Shown here piece after piece: positions 47,140 to 57,144 of a DNA stretch of 64,000 nucleotides. Position 1 is the stretch's first letter. Each line of letters opens with the position of its first letter. The notes beneath the pieces are model-generated. The model searched no databases, was not told where the DNA came from, and saw nothing but the letters and a program-made list of their open reading frames with translations. Source of the stretch: Cellvibrionaceae bacterium. Its GTDB lineage: Bacteria > Pseudomonadota > Gammaproteobacteria > Pseudomonadales > Cellvibrionaceae. The position numbers and the translations under genes are program-made. Location of the stretch: assembly GCA_050299435.1 (NCBI GenBank), contig JBNKVX010000004.1, positions 224 through 64,223 on the forward strand. The letters run 5' to 3'.

Positions 47140-47644
47140 CGATAGCTTTAACACAGACCTACAGCGACGCATGGGCGAATTAAAGCGCGAACGTAAACCG
47201 CAGCGTGATCTTTGGCCTGGTATAGAACAAGCTTTAACAGAGCAAAATACGCCTACTAATCGCAATTTTAAATACAGGAAATTGTCGGCGGTAGCCGCAA
47301 GTTTGGCAGTGGTATTTTGCTCCTTGATCTTTTGGCAATACCACCAGGCAGATCTTCAGCAATCCGCGCTCATCGCTGAAATTAAAGCAAATCATACTCA
47401 ACAACTAAATTTTCTATACAGCAGCTTTGAAGACCAAACTGCACTGACTAAAAATTGGCAAGAACAAATCGCAGAACTCGACAAGATGGCTCAGGAAGTA
47501 CTCAAAGCACTTAAAAATGATCCAAACAATATGGATTTAATCCAAATGTTAAAAAGTATTTACCAACAAAAACTGTTACTGGTTGAACGAGTACATCAAC
47601 CCAAATGGCAGCATGTTTACAACAATCGCGAGGTAGCACTATGA
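47132..47644 (+). CDS. Putative membrane-anchored anti-sigma factor
   Basis: Overlaps the sigma gene; PQRDLWPGIEQAL, one TM helix, periplasmic helical domain. Confidence 0.75.
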   Translation: MNDDSFNTDLQRRMGELKRERKPQRDLWPGIEQALTEQNTPTNRNFKYRKLSAVAASLAVVFCSLIFWQYHQADLQQSALIAEIKANHTQQLNFLYSSFEDQTALTKNWQEQIAELDKMAQEVLKALKNDPNNMDLIQMLKSIYQQKLLLVERVHQPKWQHVYNNREVAL

Positions 47645-48618
47645 AACGCACATTCCCCAACCTGGTTCAAAACCTAGTCCTTCTGTTTGTTACCTCATCG
47701 GTTATTTTTCTCGCTCTGGCATCCACTGCCGCTGTTGCCGGGGAGAAGATAGATCAGTCTTTGGATTTCATTGAAGATGGAAAAATTGATATCTCAAATG
47801 TAAATGGAAAAATTGAACTCTTTGGCTGGAAGAAAAAACAGGTCAAAGTTGTCGGCGAGCTGAGTGATCAAAATAAAACTTTTATATTTGAACGTCATGG
47901 AAATCGTATTGAGATTAGAATGCGTGAAAAAAATCAATGGGGATCAGGTAAGGGCGACAATCTGAAAATCTACATTCCCAAAAGGAGCAATGTGTCTTTT
48001 GAAAGTCCAAATACTGGCCTGGATATTAAGACTATTCACGGCTCGGTAGATCTCGAAGCAGTAAATGGCAATATTGATGTTCATGATGTGGAAGGAAGAC
48101 TGCGCGTCGAAGTGGTTAACGGCAATATTTATTGTGAGAACGTTAAAGGGAGAATCAACCTGGAAGTTGTCAATGGCAACGTTAAGGCTAGCAAATTAGA
48201 AGGAGAAAAAGGCGAATTCTCAACAGTTAACGGGAATTTATCTATATCTGGAAAAATTCAGGATGTGAAGACTAATGCTGTTTCAGGTGACATTAACATT
48301 TTCCTCCAGGACGTGGAAAACTTCGAACTCGAAACAGTTAGCGGGGACGCCACTATCGAAGTAGGTTTGCTTAAAAATGCTGCCGTACATGCAAATAGCG
48401 TGGCTGGCGAAATTGATTTTATATTTCTTAAAAACCCTTCAGCAGATTTCGACATTAGTACACACACCGGAGGCTCAATTAGTAATAAGTTGAGCAAAGA
48501 CGAAGCCGAGAAAGCAAGCCACGGCCCCGGAAGAAGCCTGAAATTTTCTCACAATGGTGGAAATGGATCGGTCTCTGTCACCACTTTGCACGGTGATATT
48601 TCTCTAAGTAATAAATAA
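47641..48618 (+). CDS. DUF4097 beta-strand repeat (putative adhesin) protein
   Basis: Signal peptide; repeated V/T-V-N/S-G-D/N-I motifs. Confidence 0.88.
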   Translation: MKRTFPNLVQNLVLLFVTSSVIFLALASTAAVAGEKIDQSLDFIEDGKIDISNVNGKIELFGWKKKQVKVVGELSDQNKTFIFERHGNRIEIRMREKNQWGSGKGDNLKIYIPKRSNVSFESPNTGLDIKTIHGSVDLEAVNGNIDVHDVEGRLRVEVVNGNIYCENVKGRINLEVVNGNVKASKLEGEKGEFSTVNGNLSISGKIQDVKTNAVSGDINIFLQDVENFELETVSGDATIEVGLLKNAAVHANSVAGEIDFIFLKNPSADFDISTHTGGSISNKLSKDEAEKASHGPGRSLKFSHNGGNGSVSVTTLHGDISLSNK

Positions 48619-48701
48619 GTCAGCCAAAATATCTAAATGTATAGGTCTTAGATTTATTGAAAAAGGCGTCCCCGGGAAAATTCATCGTTTATAATAATTA
48701 G

Positions 48702-49619
48702 ATGTCTAATTTTCCTGGGTTGCACATCCCCTTTTTTAAGCTTAGAAAGCAAGGAAATTTTATTGGAACGCGGTTCAGGTTCGCCGCCTTGAGCGCCCTG
48801 CTCATTAGTGCATATTCCTTGGGAGCCAGTCAAAACCCCGTCGAATTTATTATCCCCAAATCAAGTGCAATTGATATCAATCAGGATGATTATTATTTTC
48901 GTGTATTGCTAACACTAATCTTCGATAAAACAGTTGTGGATTATGGCCCCTATTCATTCAAGGAATTTGCTCACTGGACTGCAGATAAACGACTGCACTC
49001 TACAATCGCTCAGGGAGATATTGATATTGCTTGGTCTGTCACCAGCGTTGAGCTTGAACAAGCACTTTTGCCCGTACGCGTTTCACTGCTAAAAAGTTTA
49101 AGTAACTATCGCGTATTATTGATTCGAAAGGGCGACCAACAAAGATTTAATTCAATTTATGATCTCAATGATTTGAGAAATTTTGTCGGTGGTATGGGGG
49201 CGCAATGGCCAGATACAGAGGTAATGAAATTTAATAAATTGCCACTCGTCACTGCCACCGGATATGGAAAGTTCTACAAGATGCTTGCGGCAGGACGTTA
49301 CGATTATTTTTCAAGGGGGCTTTATCAGGCCCACTCTGATGTGAATTTTTATCCTGAATTGCAGCTTCAAATTGAAGAAAATCTCTTGCTCTATTATCCA
49401 AATCACTACTACTTTTTTGTAAATAAAAGTAATCCGGGATTGGCAGCACGCATCAAAGAAGGTTTGGATATTGTGGAAGCTGACGGCAGCTTTGATTTAC
49501 TTTTTCACAGCATCCCGCGTTTTAAATGGGCTGCAACAGAGCTACTGAACGGTAATCGACGTATTATCCCTCTGGTTCTTCCACCTACAAATTCAAATCA
49601 ACTTGTGCCAGAGAACTAG
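48702..49619 (+). CDS. Orphan solute-binding protein family 3-like protein
   Basis: RVLLIRKGDQQRF, QWPDTEV, GRYDYFSRGL, YFFVNKSNPGLAARIKEGL. Start uncertain. Confidence 0.75.
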   Translation: MSNFPGLHIPFFKLRKQGNFIGTRFRFAALSALLISAYSLGASQNPVEFIIPKSSAIDINQDDYYFRVLLTLIFDKTVVDYGPYSFKEFAHWTADKRLHSTIAQGDIDIAWSVTSVELEQALLPVRVSLLKSLSNYRVLLIRKGDQQRFNSIYDLNDLRNFVGGMGAQWPDTEVMKFNKLPLVTATGYGKFYKMLAAGRYDYFSRGLYQAHSDVNFYPELQLQIEENLLLYYPNHYYFFVNKSNPGLAARIKEGLDIVEADGSFDLLFHSIPRFKWAATELLNGNRRIIPLVLPPTNSNQLVPEN

Positions 49620-50758
49620 AATCGATTTGTTCGGCTGCTTTCGTCATCTTGAATAGATAGCTCATCCGCAGCATTCGACAAATATTCTGCATCTGATTCT
49701 GAGCCCAGCTTAATCATCAAACGCAAGTCGTTTGGCGAATCTGCATGCGCGAGCGCATCTTCATAAGTAATCTCACCAGAATCATAAAGATCGTAAAGTG
49801 CCTGATCGAAAGTTTGCATGCCTACCTCAGTAGATTTTTTCATAAGCTCTTTCAATTCATGCACATTACCCTTCCGAATAATATCTTGAGCAAGTGGTGT
49901 ATTAAGAAACACTTCTAAACACGCTCGACGCCCATTGCCGTCTGGCGTTGGAATAAGTTGTTGGGCAACGACAGCACGCAGGTTTAATGACAAATCCATC
50001 CATAATTGCGAATGTCGATCAGCGGGAAAAAAGTGAATGATGCGATCCAATGCCTGGTTTGCGTTATTAGCGTGCAAGGTACATAAGCACAAGTGACCCG
50101 TTTCGGAGAAAGCAATTGCATGATCCATGGTTTCACGAGAACGCACCTCTCCAATCAGAATAACATCAGGCGCCTGTCTCAAGGTATTCTTTAGTGCGAC
50201 CTCAAAGCTTTCTGTATCAATGCCAACTTCACGCTGTGTAATTACGCAGCCCTGGTGCTGATGAATAAATTCGATAGGATCTTCAATAGAAATAATATGA
50301 CCCTTGGAGTTTTTATTTCGGTGGCCAATCATTGAAGCCAGGGACGTTGATTTACCGGTACCCGTTGCACCCACAAAAATAACCAGACCGCGTTTTGTCA
50401 TTGCCAATTCTTTAATGATTTCAGGCAATCCCAGTTCATCAATTTGCGGAATTTGTGTTTCTATACGTCGTAATACCATTCCAGCCAAGTTGCGTTGGTA
50501 AAACGCACTCGCACGAAAACGTCCAACGCCTCGAGCCGATATCGCGAAGTTAAGTTCTTTTACATTGATGAACTCTTTTCGCTGCTTTTCATTCATCACA
50601 CTCAATACAGTCTCACGAGATTTTTCAGGAGACATTGGCGTAGTGGTGACAGGCACTATCTTGCCGTGTAACTTCATCGAAGGGGGAACACCGGCGGTAA
50701 TAAAAAGGTCAGAAGCCCCTTTCTCCACCATCATTGATAGCAAGCGTTCTATTTCCAT
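49616..50758 (-). CDS. pilU: Type IV pilus retraction ATPase PilU
   Basis: GASDLFITAGVPP, GATGTGKSTS, LRQAPDVILIGEVR, LHANNANQALDRI. Confidence 0.96.
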   Translation of the reverse strand: MEIERLLSMMVEKGASDLFITAGVPPSMKLHGKIVPVTTTPMSPEKSRETVLSVMNEKQRKEFINVKELNFAISARGVGRFRASAFYQRNLAGMVLRRIETQIPQIDELGLPEIIKELAMTKRGLVIFVGATGTGKSTSLASMIGHRNKNSKGHIISIEDPIEFIHQHQGCVITQREVGIDTESFEVALKNTLRQAPDVILIGEVRSRETMDHAIAFSETGHLCLCTLHANNANQALDRIIHFFPADRHSQLWMDLSLNLRAVVAQQLIPTPDGNGRRACLEVFLNTPLAQDIIRKGNVHELKELMKKSTEVGMQTFDQALYDLYDSGEITYEDALAHADSPNDLRLMIKLGSESDAEYLSNAADELSIQDDESSRTNRF

Positions 50759-50767
50759 TCAGTACTC

Positions 50768-51802
50768 CTAAAAGTTATCTGGCATTTTGGCTTTTTCTTT
50801 AGCAACATCACGACTGATCACTCTACGCTCAACCAAATCGGCTAAACATTGATCCATCGTCTGCATACCCAGAGAGCCGCCAGTCTGAATCGCCGAATAC
50901 ATTTGCGCAACCTTGTCTTCGCGAATCAAATTTCGTATGGCCGATGTACCTCGCATTATTTCATGTGCCGCGACACGACCTCCACCCTGTCTTTTCAATA
51001 GGGTTTGCGAAACTACGGCCTCCAGGGATTCTGACAACATAGAGCGCACCATGGCTTTTTCGTTCGCCGGAAATACATCCACCACCCGGTCTATCGTTTT
51101 TGCCGCCGAGGTGGTGTGCAAGGTGCCAAACACCAAGTGACCGGTTTCCGCTGCGGTGAGTGCGAGGCGTATTGTTTCCAAATCCCGCATCTCACCCACC
51201 AGAATAATGTCCGGATCCTCACGCAAGGCAGAGCGTAAAGCTTCGGCAAACCCGTGTGTATCTCTGTGAACTTCCCGCTGATTGACGAGGCATTTTTTAC
51301 TTTCATGCACGAATTCGATAGGGTCTTCAATGGTCAGGATATGGTGGTATTTGTTCTCATTGATGTAATCAATCATTGCCGCAAGGGTTGTAGATTTTCC
51401 AGATCCCGTTGGCCCCGTAACTAGCACGAGTCCACGAGGTACGGAAGACACTGTCCGAAAAACCTGGCCCATGCCAAGCTCTTCCATAGTCAAAACTTTT
51501 GAGGGAATTGTTCGGAATACTGCGCCAGCTCCCCGGTTTTGATTGAATGCATTGACCCTGAAACGCGCGACGCCGGGGACTTCAAATGAAAAGTCAGTTT
51601 CCAAAAACTCTTCAAAGTCCTTACGCTGCTTGTCATTCATAATTTCATAAATCAAGCCATGGACTTGTTTGTGCTCCATGGGAGGGAGGTTGATTCGTCT
51701 AACATCACCATCAACACGAATCATGGGGGGAAGACCTGCTGAAATGTGTAAATCCGAGGCCCCTTGTTTCGCTGAAAACGCTAATAATTCTGTAATATCC
51801 AT
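50768..51802 (-). CDS. pilT: Type IV pilus retraction ATPase PilT
   Basis: MDITELLAFS, GPTGSGKSTT, AIRNLIRE; start at 51802. Confidence 0.98.
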   Translation of the reverse strand: MDITELLAFSAKQGASDLHISAGLPPMIRVDGDVRRINLPPMEHKQVHGLIYEIMNDKQRKDFEEFLETDFSFEVPGVARFRVNAFNQNRGAGAVFRTIPSKVLTMEELGMGQVFRTVSSVPRGLVLVTGPTGSGKSTTLAAMIDYINENKYHHILTIEDPIEFVHESKKCLVNQREVHRDTHGFAEALRSALREDPDIILVGEMRDLETIRLALTAAETGHLVFGTLHTTSAAKTIDRVVDVFPANEKAMVRSMLSESLEAVVSQTLLKRQGGGRVAAHEIMRGTSAIRNLIREDKVAQMYSAIQTGGSLGMQTMDQCLADLVERRVISRDVAKEKAKMPDNF

Positions 51803-51854
51803 GTGCTTGCCTTCTAGTACAATTACTGCCAATCGTGACGGGAACTATAAGTAT

Positions 51855-52580
51855 ATGCATAAGATTGCCGACAAACTAACGCAAGTTAAGCATCGTATAC
51901 AACAAGCCGCGCGTCTTTCCGGTCGCTTTTCCGATGAAATCACACTTTTGGCGGTTAGCAAGAAACAATCTATAGAAGCTATTTTAGAAGCTTATGAGAG
52001 TGGCCAAAGAATTTTTGGTGAAAATTATCTTCAGGAAGCAGAAAAAAAAATCGAAGCCTTAAAACGCTTGTCTGACATCGAATGGCACTTTATAGGTCCT
52101 CTCCAAAGTAACAAAGCTAAAAAGATCGCCAATTCTTTCTCGTGGGTACACAGCCTGGATCGATTAAAAGTAGCACAAAAGTTAAACAAATATAGACAGC
52201 TAGAAACTGGCAAATTGAATATATGCATTCAAGTTAATATCGATGAAGAACAAAGTAAATCCGGTGTACTACCACAGGATTTGCTGCTCTTGGCCAAAGA
52301 GGTCAGTAAGCTGGAGAATTTGTCCCTGCGAGGGCTCATGGCGATTCCCTCTGTGAATCAAAAACCTGGAGAGGAGGAAAATGCGTTTTCTCGCTTACGT
52401 AGTTTGTTTAATGAACTCAGGCTCCACAATAAACGCTTGGCACAAATGGATACTTTGTCTATGGGCATGTCGGCAGACCTCGAAGTTGCTATTCGAGAAG
52501 GCGCGACCCTTGTGCGTATTGGGACAGATATTTTTGGACCTCGAGCAGAGCAAATTGCCGACGAAGCATTAAAAGTTTAG
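51855..52580 (+). CDS. yggS: PLP homeostasis protein YggS
   Basis: LLAVSKKQ, FGENYLQE, WHFIGPLQSNK, LSMGMSAD; start MHKIAD at 51855. Confidence 0.95.
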   Translation: MHKIADKLTQVKHRIQQAARLSGRFSDEITLLAVSKKQSIEAILEAYESGQRIFGENYLQEAEKKIEALKRLSDIEWHFIGPLQSNKAKKIANSFSWVHSLDRLKVAQKLNKYRQLETGKLNICIQVNIDEEQSKSGVLPQDLLLLAKEVSKLENLSLRGLMAIPSVNQKPGEEENAFSRLRSLFNELRLHNKRLAQMDTLSMGMSADLEVAIREGATLVRIGTDIFGPRAEQIADEALKV

Positions 52581-52654
52581 AACCGCTATACTCCCCGCTT
52601 TACTGTCACAGGTTCAATTCCAGGCACAGATTCAAGGTTGAGTTCGGAGGAGCT

Positions 52655-53473
52655 TTGAGTAGCAATATCAGTTTTCTGGGTGGCGGAAATATGGCCAGCA
52701 GCATTATTGGCGGTTTGATAGAAGCCGGTTTTGGTGCCGATTCCATTACTGTTAGCGACCCAAATCCAAATAGCTTAGCGGGTTTATCCGAGCGCTGGGG
52801 CTTGCGCACAACCCACTCCAATCAAACTGCTGTCAAGCAAGCGGACGTTGTCGTTATTGCGGTAAAACCGCAGGTACTCTTCGAGGTCTGTGAAGATATT
52901 TCCGCGTCACTTCAGCCAAACAGCCTCGTTATTTCCATCGCAGCGGGTAAAAACAGCAATGGTATCGACGCGGCTCTTGGTGGCGAGAAAGCTATTGTTC
53001 GCTGCATGCCCAACACACCGGCTCTGGTAAAACAGGGAGCAAGCGTACTTTTTGCAAACGCGTGTGTCACCGCGGAGCAAAAAGCGATTGCCCACACAAT
53101 ACTTGAAGCCGTGGGTTACGTTGCCTGGATTGAAGATGAAGCCTTGATGGATGCAGTAACTGCTTTATCAGGCAGTGGTCCTGCCTATATTTTTCTTGTA
53201 ATTGAAGCCATGATTGATGCAGGAATCGAGCTGGGTCTGGCACCGGATTTGGCTGAAAACCTCGCCTTACAAACCGCTCTGGGCGCTTCCCAATTAGCGG
53301 AACAGAGTGAAGATAAGGTGGCGGAACTACGACGTAAAGTCACTTCGCCCAAGGGCACCACAGAACGCGCGATTGAAACTTTCGAAGCACGGCATCTTCG
53401 TGATATTTTTAAGGATGCCATGCGGGCCTGCGCATTGAGATCAAAAGAATTAGGGGCTGAAAATTCAGTTTAA
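52655..53473 (+). CDS. proC: Pyrroline-5-carboxylate reductase
   Basis: GGGNMA, RCMPNTP, SGSGPAY, VTSPKGTT. Confidence 0.97.
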   Translation: MSSNISFLGGGNMASSIIGGLIEAGFGADSITVSDPNPNSLAGLSERWGLRTTHSNQTAVKQADVVVIAVKPQVLFEVCEDISASLQPNSLVISIAAGKNSNGIDAALGGEKAIVRCMPNTPALVKQGASVLFANACVTAEQKAIAHTILEAVGYVAWIEDEALMDAVTALSGSGPAYIFLVIEAMIDAGIELGLAPDLAENLALQTALGASQLAEQSEDKVAELRRKVTSPKGTTERAIETFEARHLRDIFKDAMRACALRSKELGAENSV

Positions 53474-53485
53474 AGTGGAAAAATT

Positions 53486-54070
53486 ATGTCTGCACTGATT
53501 TATCTAATACATACCTTCATCACTTTATTTTTCTTTTTTGTGCTTGCGCGATTTTTATTGCAGCTTATGCGCGCTGATTTTTACAACCCCTTTTCGCAAG
53601 CCTGCGTCAAAATTACCAATCCATTTCTCAAGCCCCTGCGCACCTTTATACCCGGTCTTTGGGGCATTGATATGGCTTCTGTGGTGCTTTTAATTTTAAT
53701 CCAAGTGATACATGCTGAAGTCCTCGCACTTGTATCCAAAGGGGTTTTGATTAATATCGCTGCCGTGCTCGTATTCGGTTTGCTGGGTACTATTAAGTTT
53801 ATTACCTGGATGGTTTGGGTCTGCGCCATTGTGATCATCATAGCCAGTTTTGTCGCACCTTATTCCTCACATCCAATCTTGATGCTTATGCGACAATTTT
53901 TGCAGCCTTTGTTAAATCCATTTCAACGTTTGCTTCCTCCGATGGGAGGCCTGGATTTTTCGGTCATGCTGTTATTGATTTTCAACAGCGCTCTACAAAT
54001 GTTGATTACCGAGCTAGTTGTGAATTACGATCCGTATGGTGCAGTACGCGGGTATGTCATTGGTTTATAA
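53486..54070 (+). CDS. yggT: YggT family membrane protein
   Basis: RADFYNPFSQ, PPMGGLDFS. Confidence 0.93.
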   Translation: MSALIYLIHTFITLFFFFVLARFLLQLMRADFYNPFSQACVKITNPFLKPLRTFIPGLWGIDMASVVLLILIQVIHAEVLALVSKGVLINIAAVLVFGLLGTIKFITWMVWVCAIVIIIASFVAPYSSHPILMLMRQFLQPLLNPFQRLLPPMGGLDFSVMLLLIFNSALQMLITELVVNYDPYGAVRGYVIGL

Positions 54071-54081
54071 ATTACTTGTCC

Positions 54082-54378
54082 ATGACAAAGCATTTTGAAT
54101 GGCGAGGCAATATACTGCGCCTGAAATGTAAATTGCAGACTAATGCTTCAGCAACCAAATTCGCAGAATGTATTAACAACGAATTAAAAATATTCGTCAA
54201 CGCGCCACCGGTTGACGGCAAAGCAAATGTTCAATTAACAAAATTTTTAAGCCAATCTTTTGGCGTTGCTAAAAGTGCCGTTACTATTGTAAAAGGACAG
54301 CTAAACCAACATAAGATTGTAGAAATCATTTCACCGCTTAGAATTCCTCGCGAGAGTAAAATAGAACCCAGGCCATGA
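54082..54378 (+). CDS. yggU: DUF167 family protein YggU
   Basis: [22 protein letters not shown]; start MTKHF at 54082. Confidence 0.9.
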   Translation: MTKHFEWRGNILRLKCKLQTNASATKFAECINNELKIFVNAPPVDGKANVQLTKFLSQSFGVAKSAVTIVKGQLNQHKIVEIISPLRIPRESKIEPRP

Positions 54379-55520
54379 CCCAAACTTTTCCCTCCGACAG
54401 TATCGGTCTTGTGACACCTCAAACGTATCATTTTGATGAGGCGCTAGATCTTGCCTGCGGCAAACGCTTGTCCGCCTGGGATTTAGTAGTGGAAACTTAC
54501 GGCACGCTCAATGAAGACAGAACGAATGCAGTGCTAATCTGTCACGCATTGTCCGGAAATCATCACGCAGCTGGCTACCACCACCCCGAAGAAAAAAAAG
54601 CGGGTTGGTGGAATCACTATATCGGGCCAGGTAAGGCCATTGATACAAATAAGTTTTTTGTAGTTTCGTTAAACAATATTGGCGGATGTCATGGCTCAAC
54701 CGGGCCAGCTTCCATCAACCCCGAAACCGGAAAAGCCTGGGGTAGCACCTTCCCGCATATTCGCGTGCGCGATTGGGTAAAGAGCCAGGGCATGCTCGCC
54801 GATCGCATGCGAATTAAAAAATGGGCTGCCGTGATTGGAGGTAGTCTCGGTGCCATGCAGTGTATGCGCTGGGCTTTGGAGTATCCTGATCGTTTGAGTC
54901 ATTGTGTTGTGATTGCGTCAGCCATGAAACTGACTGCGCAAAACATTGCGTTTAATGAGACTGCACGACGCGCCATTTATTCTGACCCACACTTTTACAA
55001 TGGTGATTATTTGCATAAGCAGACCCTACCCGAGAGCGGTCTTGCCGTAGCACGAATGATTGGCCATCTTACCTATTTATCTGACGATGGAATGGGAAAA
55101 AAGTTTGGCCGTGACTTAAAATCAGGTTCCTTCGAGCTGGGCAAGGAGGATGATGTCGAATTCCAAATTCAAAGTTATCTGCGGTACCAGGGTGAAACTT
55201 TTTCCAAATCGTTTGACGCTAATACTTATATACTTATGACACGCGCATTGGACTACTTTGATCTTGCTCGTGAATATAACGATGATCCGGTGGCTGCCTT
55301 CAAACATGCACAGTGTAAGTTTTTGGTTATCTCATTTACTTCTGATTGGCGATTTTCGCCGGAACGATCTCGAGAAATAGTTAACGCATTAATGCGTGCA
55401 GACAAAGATGTGGTTTACGCAGAAATTGAATCCTCTTTTGGGCACGATGCTTTTCTGGTTCCCAACCAGCTGCGTTACCAGGAATTATTTTCTGCGTACA
55501 TGCAGAAAATAAAGGTATAA
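54375..55520 (+). CDS. metX: Homoserine O-acyltransferase MetX
   Basis: [29 protein letters not shown]. Confidence 0.96.
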   Translation: MTQTFPSDSIGLVTPQTYHFDEALDLACGKRLSAWDLVVETYGTLNEDRTNAVLICHALSGNHHAAGYHHPEEKKAGWWNHYIGPGKAIDTNKFFVVSLNNIGGCHGSTGPASINPETGKAWGSTFPHIRVRDWVKSQGMLADRMRIKKWAAVIGGSLGAMQCMRWALEYPDRLSHCVVIASAMKLTAQNIAFNETARRAIYSDPHFYNGDYLHKQTLPESGLAVARMIGHLTYLSDDGMGKKFGRDLKSGSFELGKEDDVEFQIQSYLRYQGETFSKSFDANTYILMTRALDYFDLAREYNDDPVAAFKHAQCKFLVISFTSDWRFSPERSREIVNALMRADKDVVYAEIESSFGHDAFLVPNQLRYQELFSAYMQKIKV

Positions 55521-56114
55521 ATGATGCGTATAGATCATCAAGCCATACAAACATGGATTCAACCAAAATCACGAGTATTAGACTTGGGTTGTGGTGACGG
55601 AACCTTGTTAAGACAATTGAGCGATGAGCTCAACATACACGGTTATGGAATTGAAATTAATCAGGAAAATATTCTGCGCTGTGTTGAAATTAGCGTAAAT
55701 GTAATTGAGCAAAATCTCGATGAAGGTCTCAGCAATTTTGATGACCACAGTTTTGATACTGTAATTATGTCGCAGACCATTCAAACCATGCAAAACCCGG
55801 ACAAAGTGCTTAACGAAATGCTGAGGGTCGGGCGTCAGGGAATTGTAACCTTTCCAAATTTCGCACATTGGCGAGCACGCTGGCATTTAATGAGCAAAGG
55901 GCGCATGCCGGTTTCTGAGTATTTGCCTTATGAGTGGTATAACACGCCCAACATTCACTTTTGCACCGTTAGGGATTTTGAAATTCTGTGTAGAGACATG
56001 GAAATCAATATCCTGGATAGGGCAGTGCTTGGGCCTAGAGGAAAATCAAGTTTAGCGGAAAGCTTCCCAAATTATTTCGCGATGACTGCGGTTTACCATT
56101 TAAGTAAAAATTAG
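55521..56114 (+). CDS. metW: Methionine biosynthesis protein MetW
   Basis: VLDLGCGDG, FPNFAHW, WYNTPNIHFCT. Confidence 0.96.
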   Translation: MMRIDHQAIQTWIQPKSRVLDLGCGDGTLLRQLSDELNIHGYGIEINQENILRCVEISVNVIEQNLDEGLSNFDDHSFDTVIMSQTIQTMQNPDKVLNEMLRVGRQGIVTFPNFAHWRARWHLMSKGRMPVSEYLPYEWYNTPNIHFCTVRDFEILCRDMEINILDRAVLGPRGKSSLAESFPNYFAMTAVYHLSKN

Positions 56115-56128
56115 GAGGATTCATTAAA

Positions 56129-56557
56129 TTGAAAAATGTTTACCTCGCATTACTGTTGTTAATTTCTGTTGAAGTTCTGGCAATTGACTCCGAAAAGTTC
56201 GGTGAATTCCGCATCGATTACACCACCTTTCCAAGCACAAGCCTTAACCCTGAAATTGCTAAAATTTATGGTATTAAAAGAAGTAAACATCACACACTGA
56301 TTAATGTCTTTGTCAGCAAGGAAGGGAAAACCGGAGGGGTCGAAGTCGAATTAACTGGGAATGCAAAAAATTTAATGGCTCAACAACAAAGCTTAAGTTT
56401 TATGGAAATCAAGGAAGATGACACTGTTTATTATATTGCGCCTATCCGCGTGAGCGGCAAAGAAGAAATTTTGCATATATACCTTCGTTGTATCATTGAG
56501 GGTGCCCCAGAAGAAATGGAGATAAAATTTTCGAAAACTTTTTATAGAGATTTATGA
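56129..56557 (+). CDS. DUF4426 domain protein
   Basis: Signal peptide; YTTFPSTSLNPEIAKIYGIKRS; usual position between metW and rdgB. Confidence 0.88.
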   Translation: MKNVYLALLLLISVEVLAIDSEKFGEFRIDYTTFPSTSLNPEIAKIYGIKRSKHHTLINVFVSKEGKTGGVEVELTGNAKNLMAQQQSLSFMEIKEDDTVYYIAPIRVSGKEEILHIYLRCIIEGAPEEMEIKFSKTFYRDL

Positions 56558-57144
56558 AAAAAATAGTATTGGCAAGTAGTAACCCAGGAAAGCTAAAAGA
56601 ATTTCAAAATTTGTTAGCTGGAGAGGGGTTTGACGTACTACCGCAATCAGAATTTTCTATTCCGGACGCCGAAGAAACCGGTTTAACTTTTGTTGAGAAT
56701 GCGATTATTAAAGCACGCAATGCTTGTTTTCACAGCAAGCTGCCTGCTCTCGCTGATGATTCGGGGATAGAGGTGGACGCATTAAACGGCGCTCCCGGCA
56801 TTTATTCAGCAAGATTTAGTGGTAGCGACGCAACTGACGATAAAAATAACCTTCGACTTCTGGCAGAATTGAAAAATTTACCCAAGGCGAAAAGAACAGC
56901 ACGTTATCAGTGTTTATTGGTATACATGGAGCATGCAGATGATCCAACCCCTATTATTTGTCAGGGAAGTTGGGAAGGCTACATACTAGAAAAGCCCATT
57001 GGCACCAATGGCTTTGGTTACGATCCTTTATTTTTTGTGCCCACACATAATTGCAGCTCAGCACAATTAATCAAAGATGTAAAAAATAGCATCAGTCATC
57101 GCGCTATTGCAATGCAGAAACTATTGAAGGAATTAAAACGCTAA
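56554..57144 (+). CDS. rdgB: dITP/XTP pyrophosphatase
   Basis: ASSNPGKLKEF, ADDSG, GFGYDP, SHRA. Confidence 0.97.
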   Translation: MKKIVLASSNPGKLKEFQNLLAGEGFDVLPQSEFSIPDAEETGLTFVENAIIKARNACFHSKLPALADDSGIEVDALNGAPGIYSARFSGSDATDDKNNLRLLAELKNLPKAKRTARYQCLLVYMEHADDPTPIICQGSWEGYILEKPIGTNGFGYDPLFFVPTHNCSSAQLIKDVKNSISHRAIAMQKLLKELKR

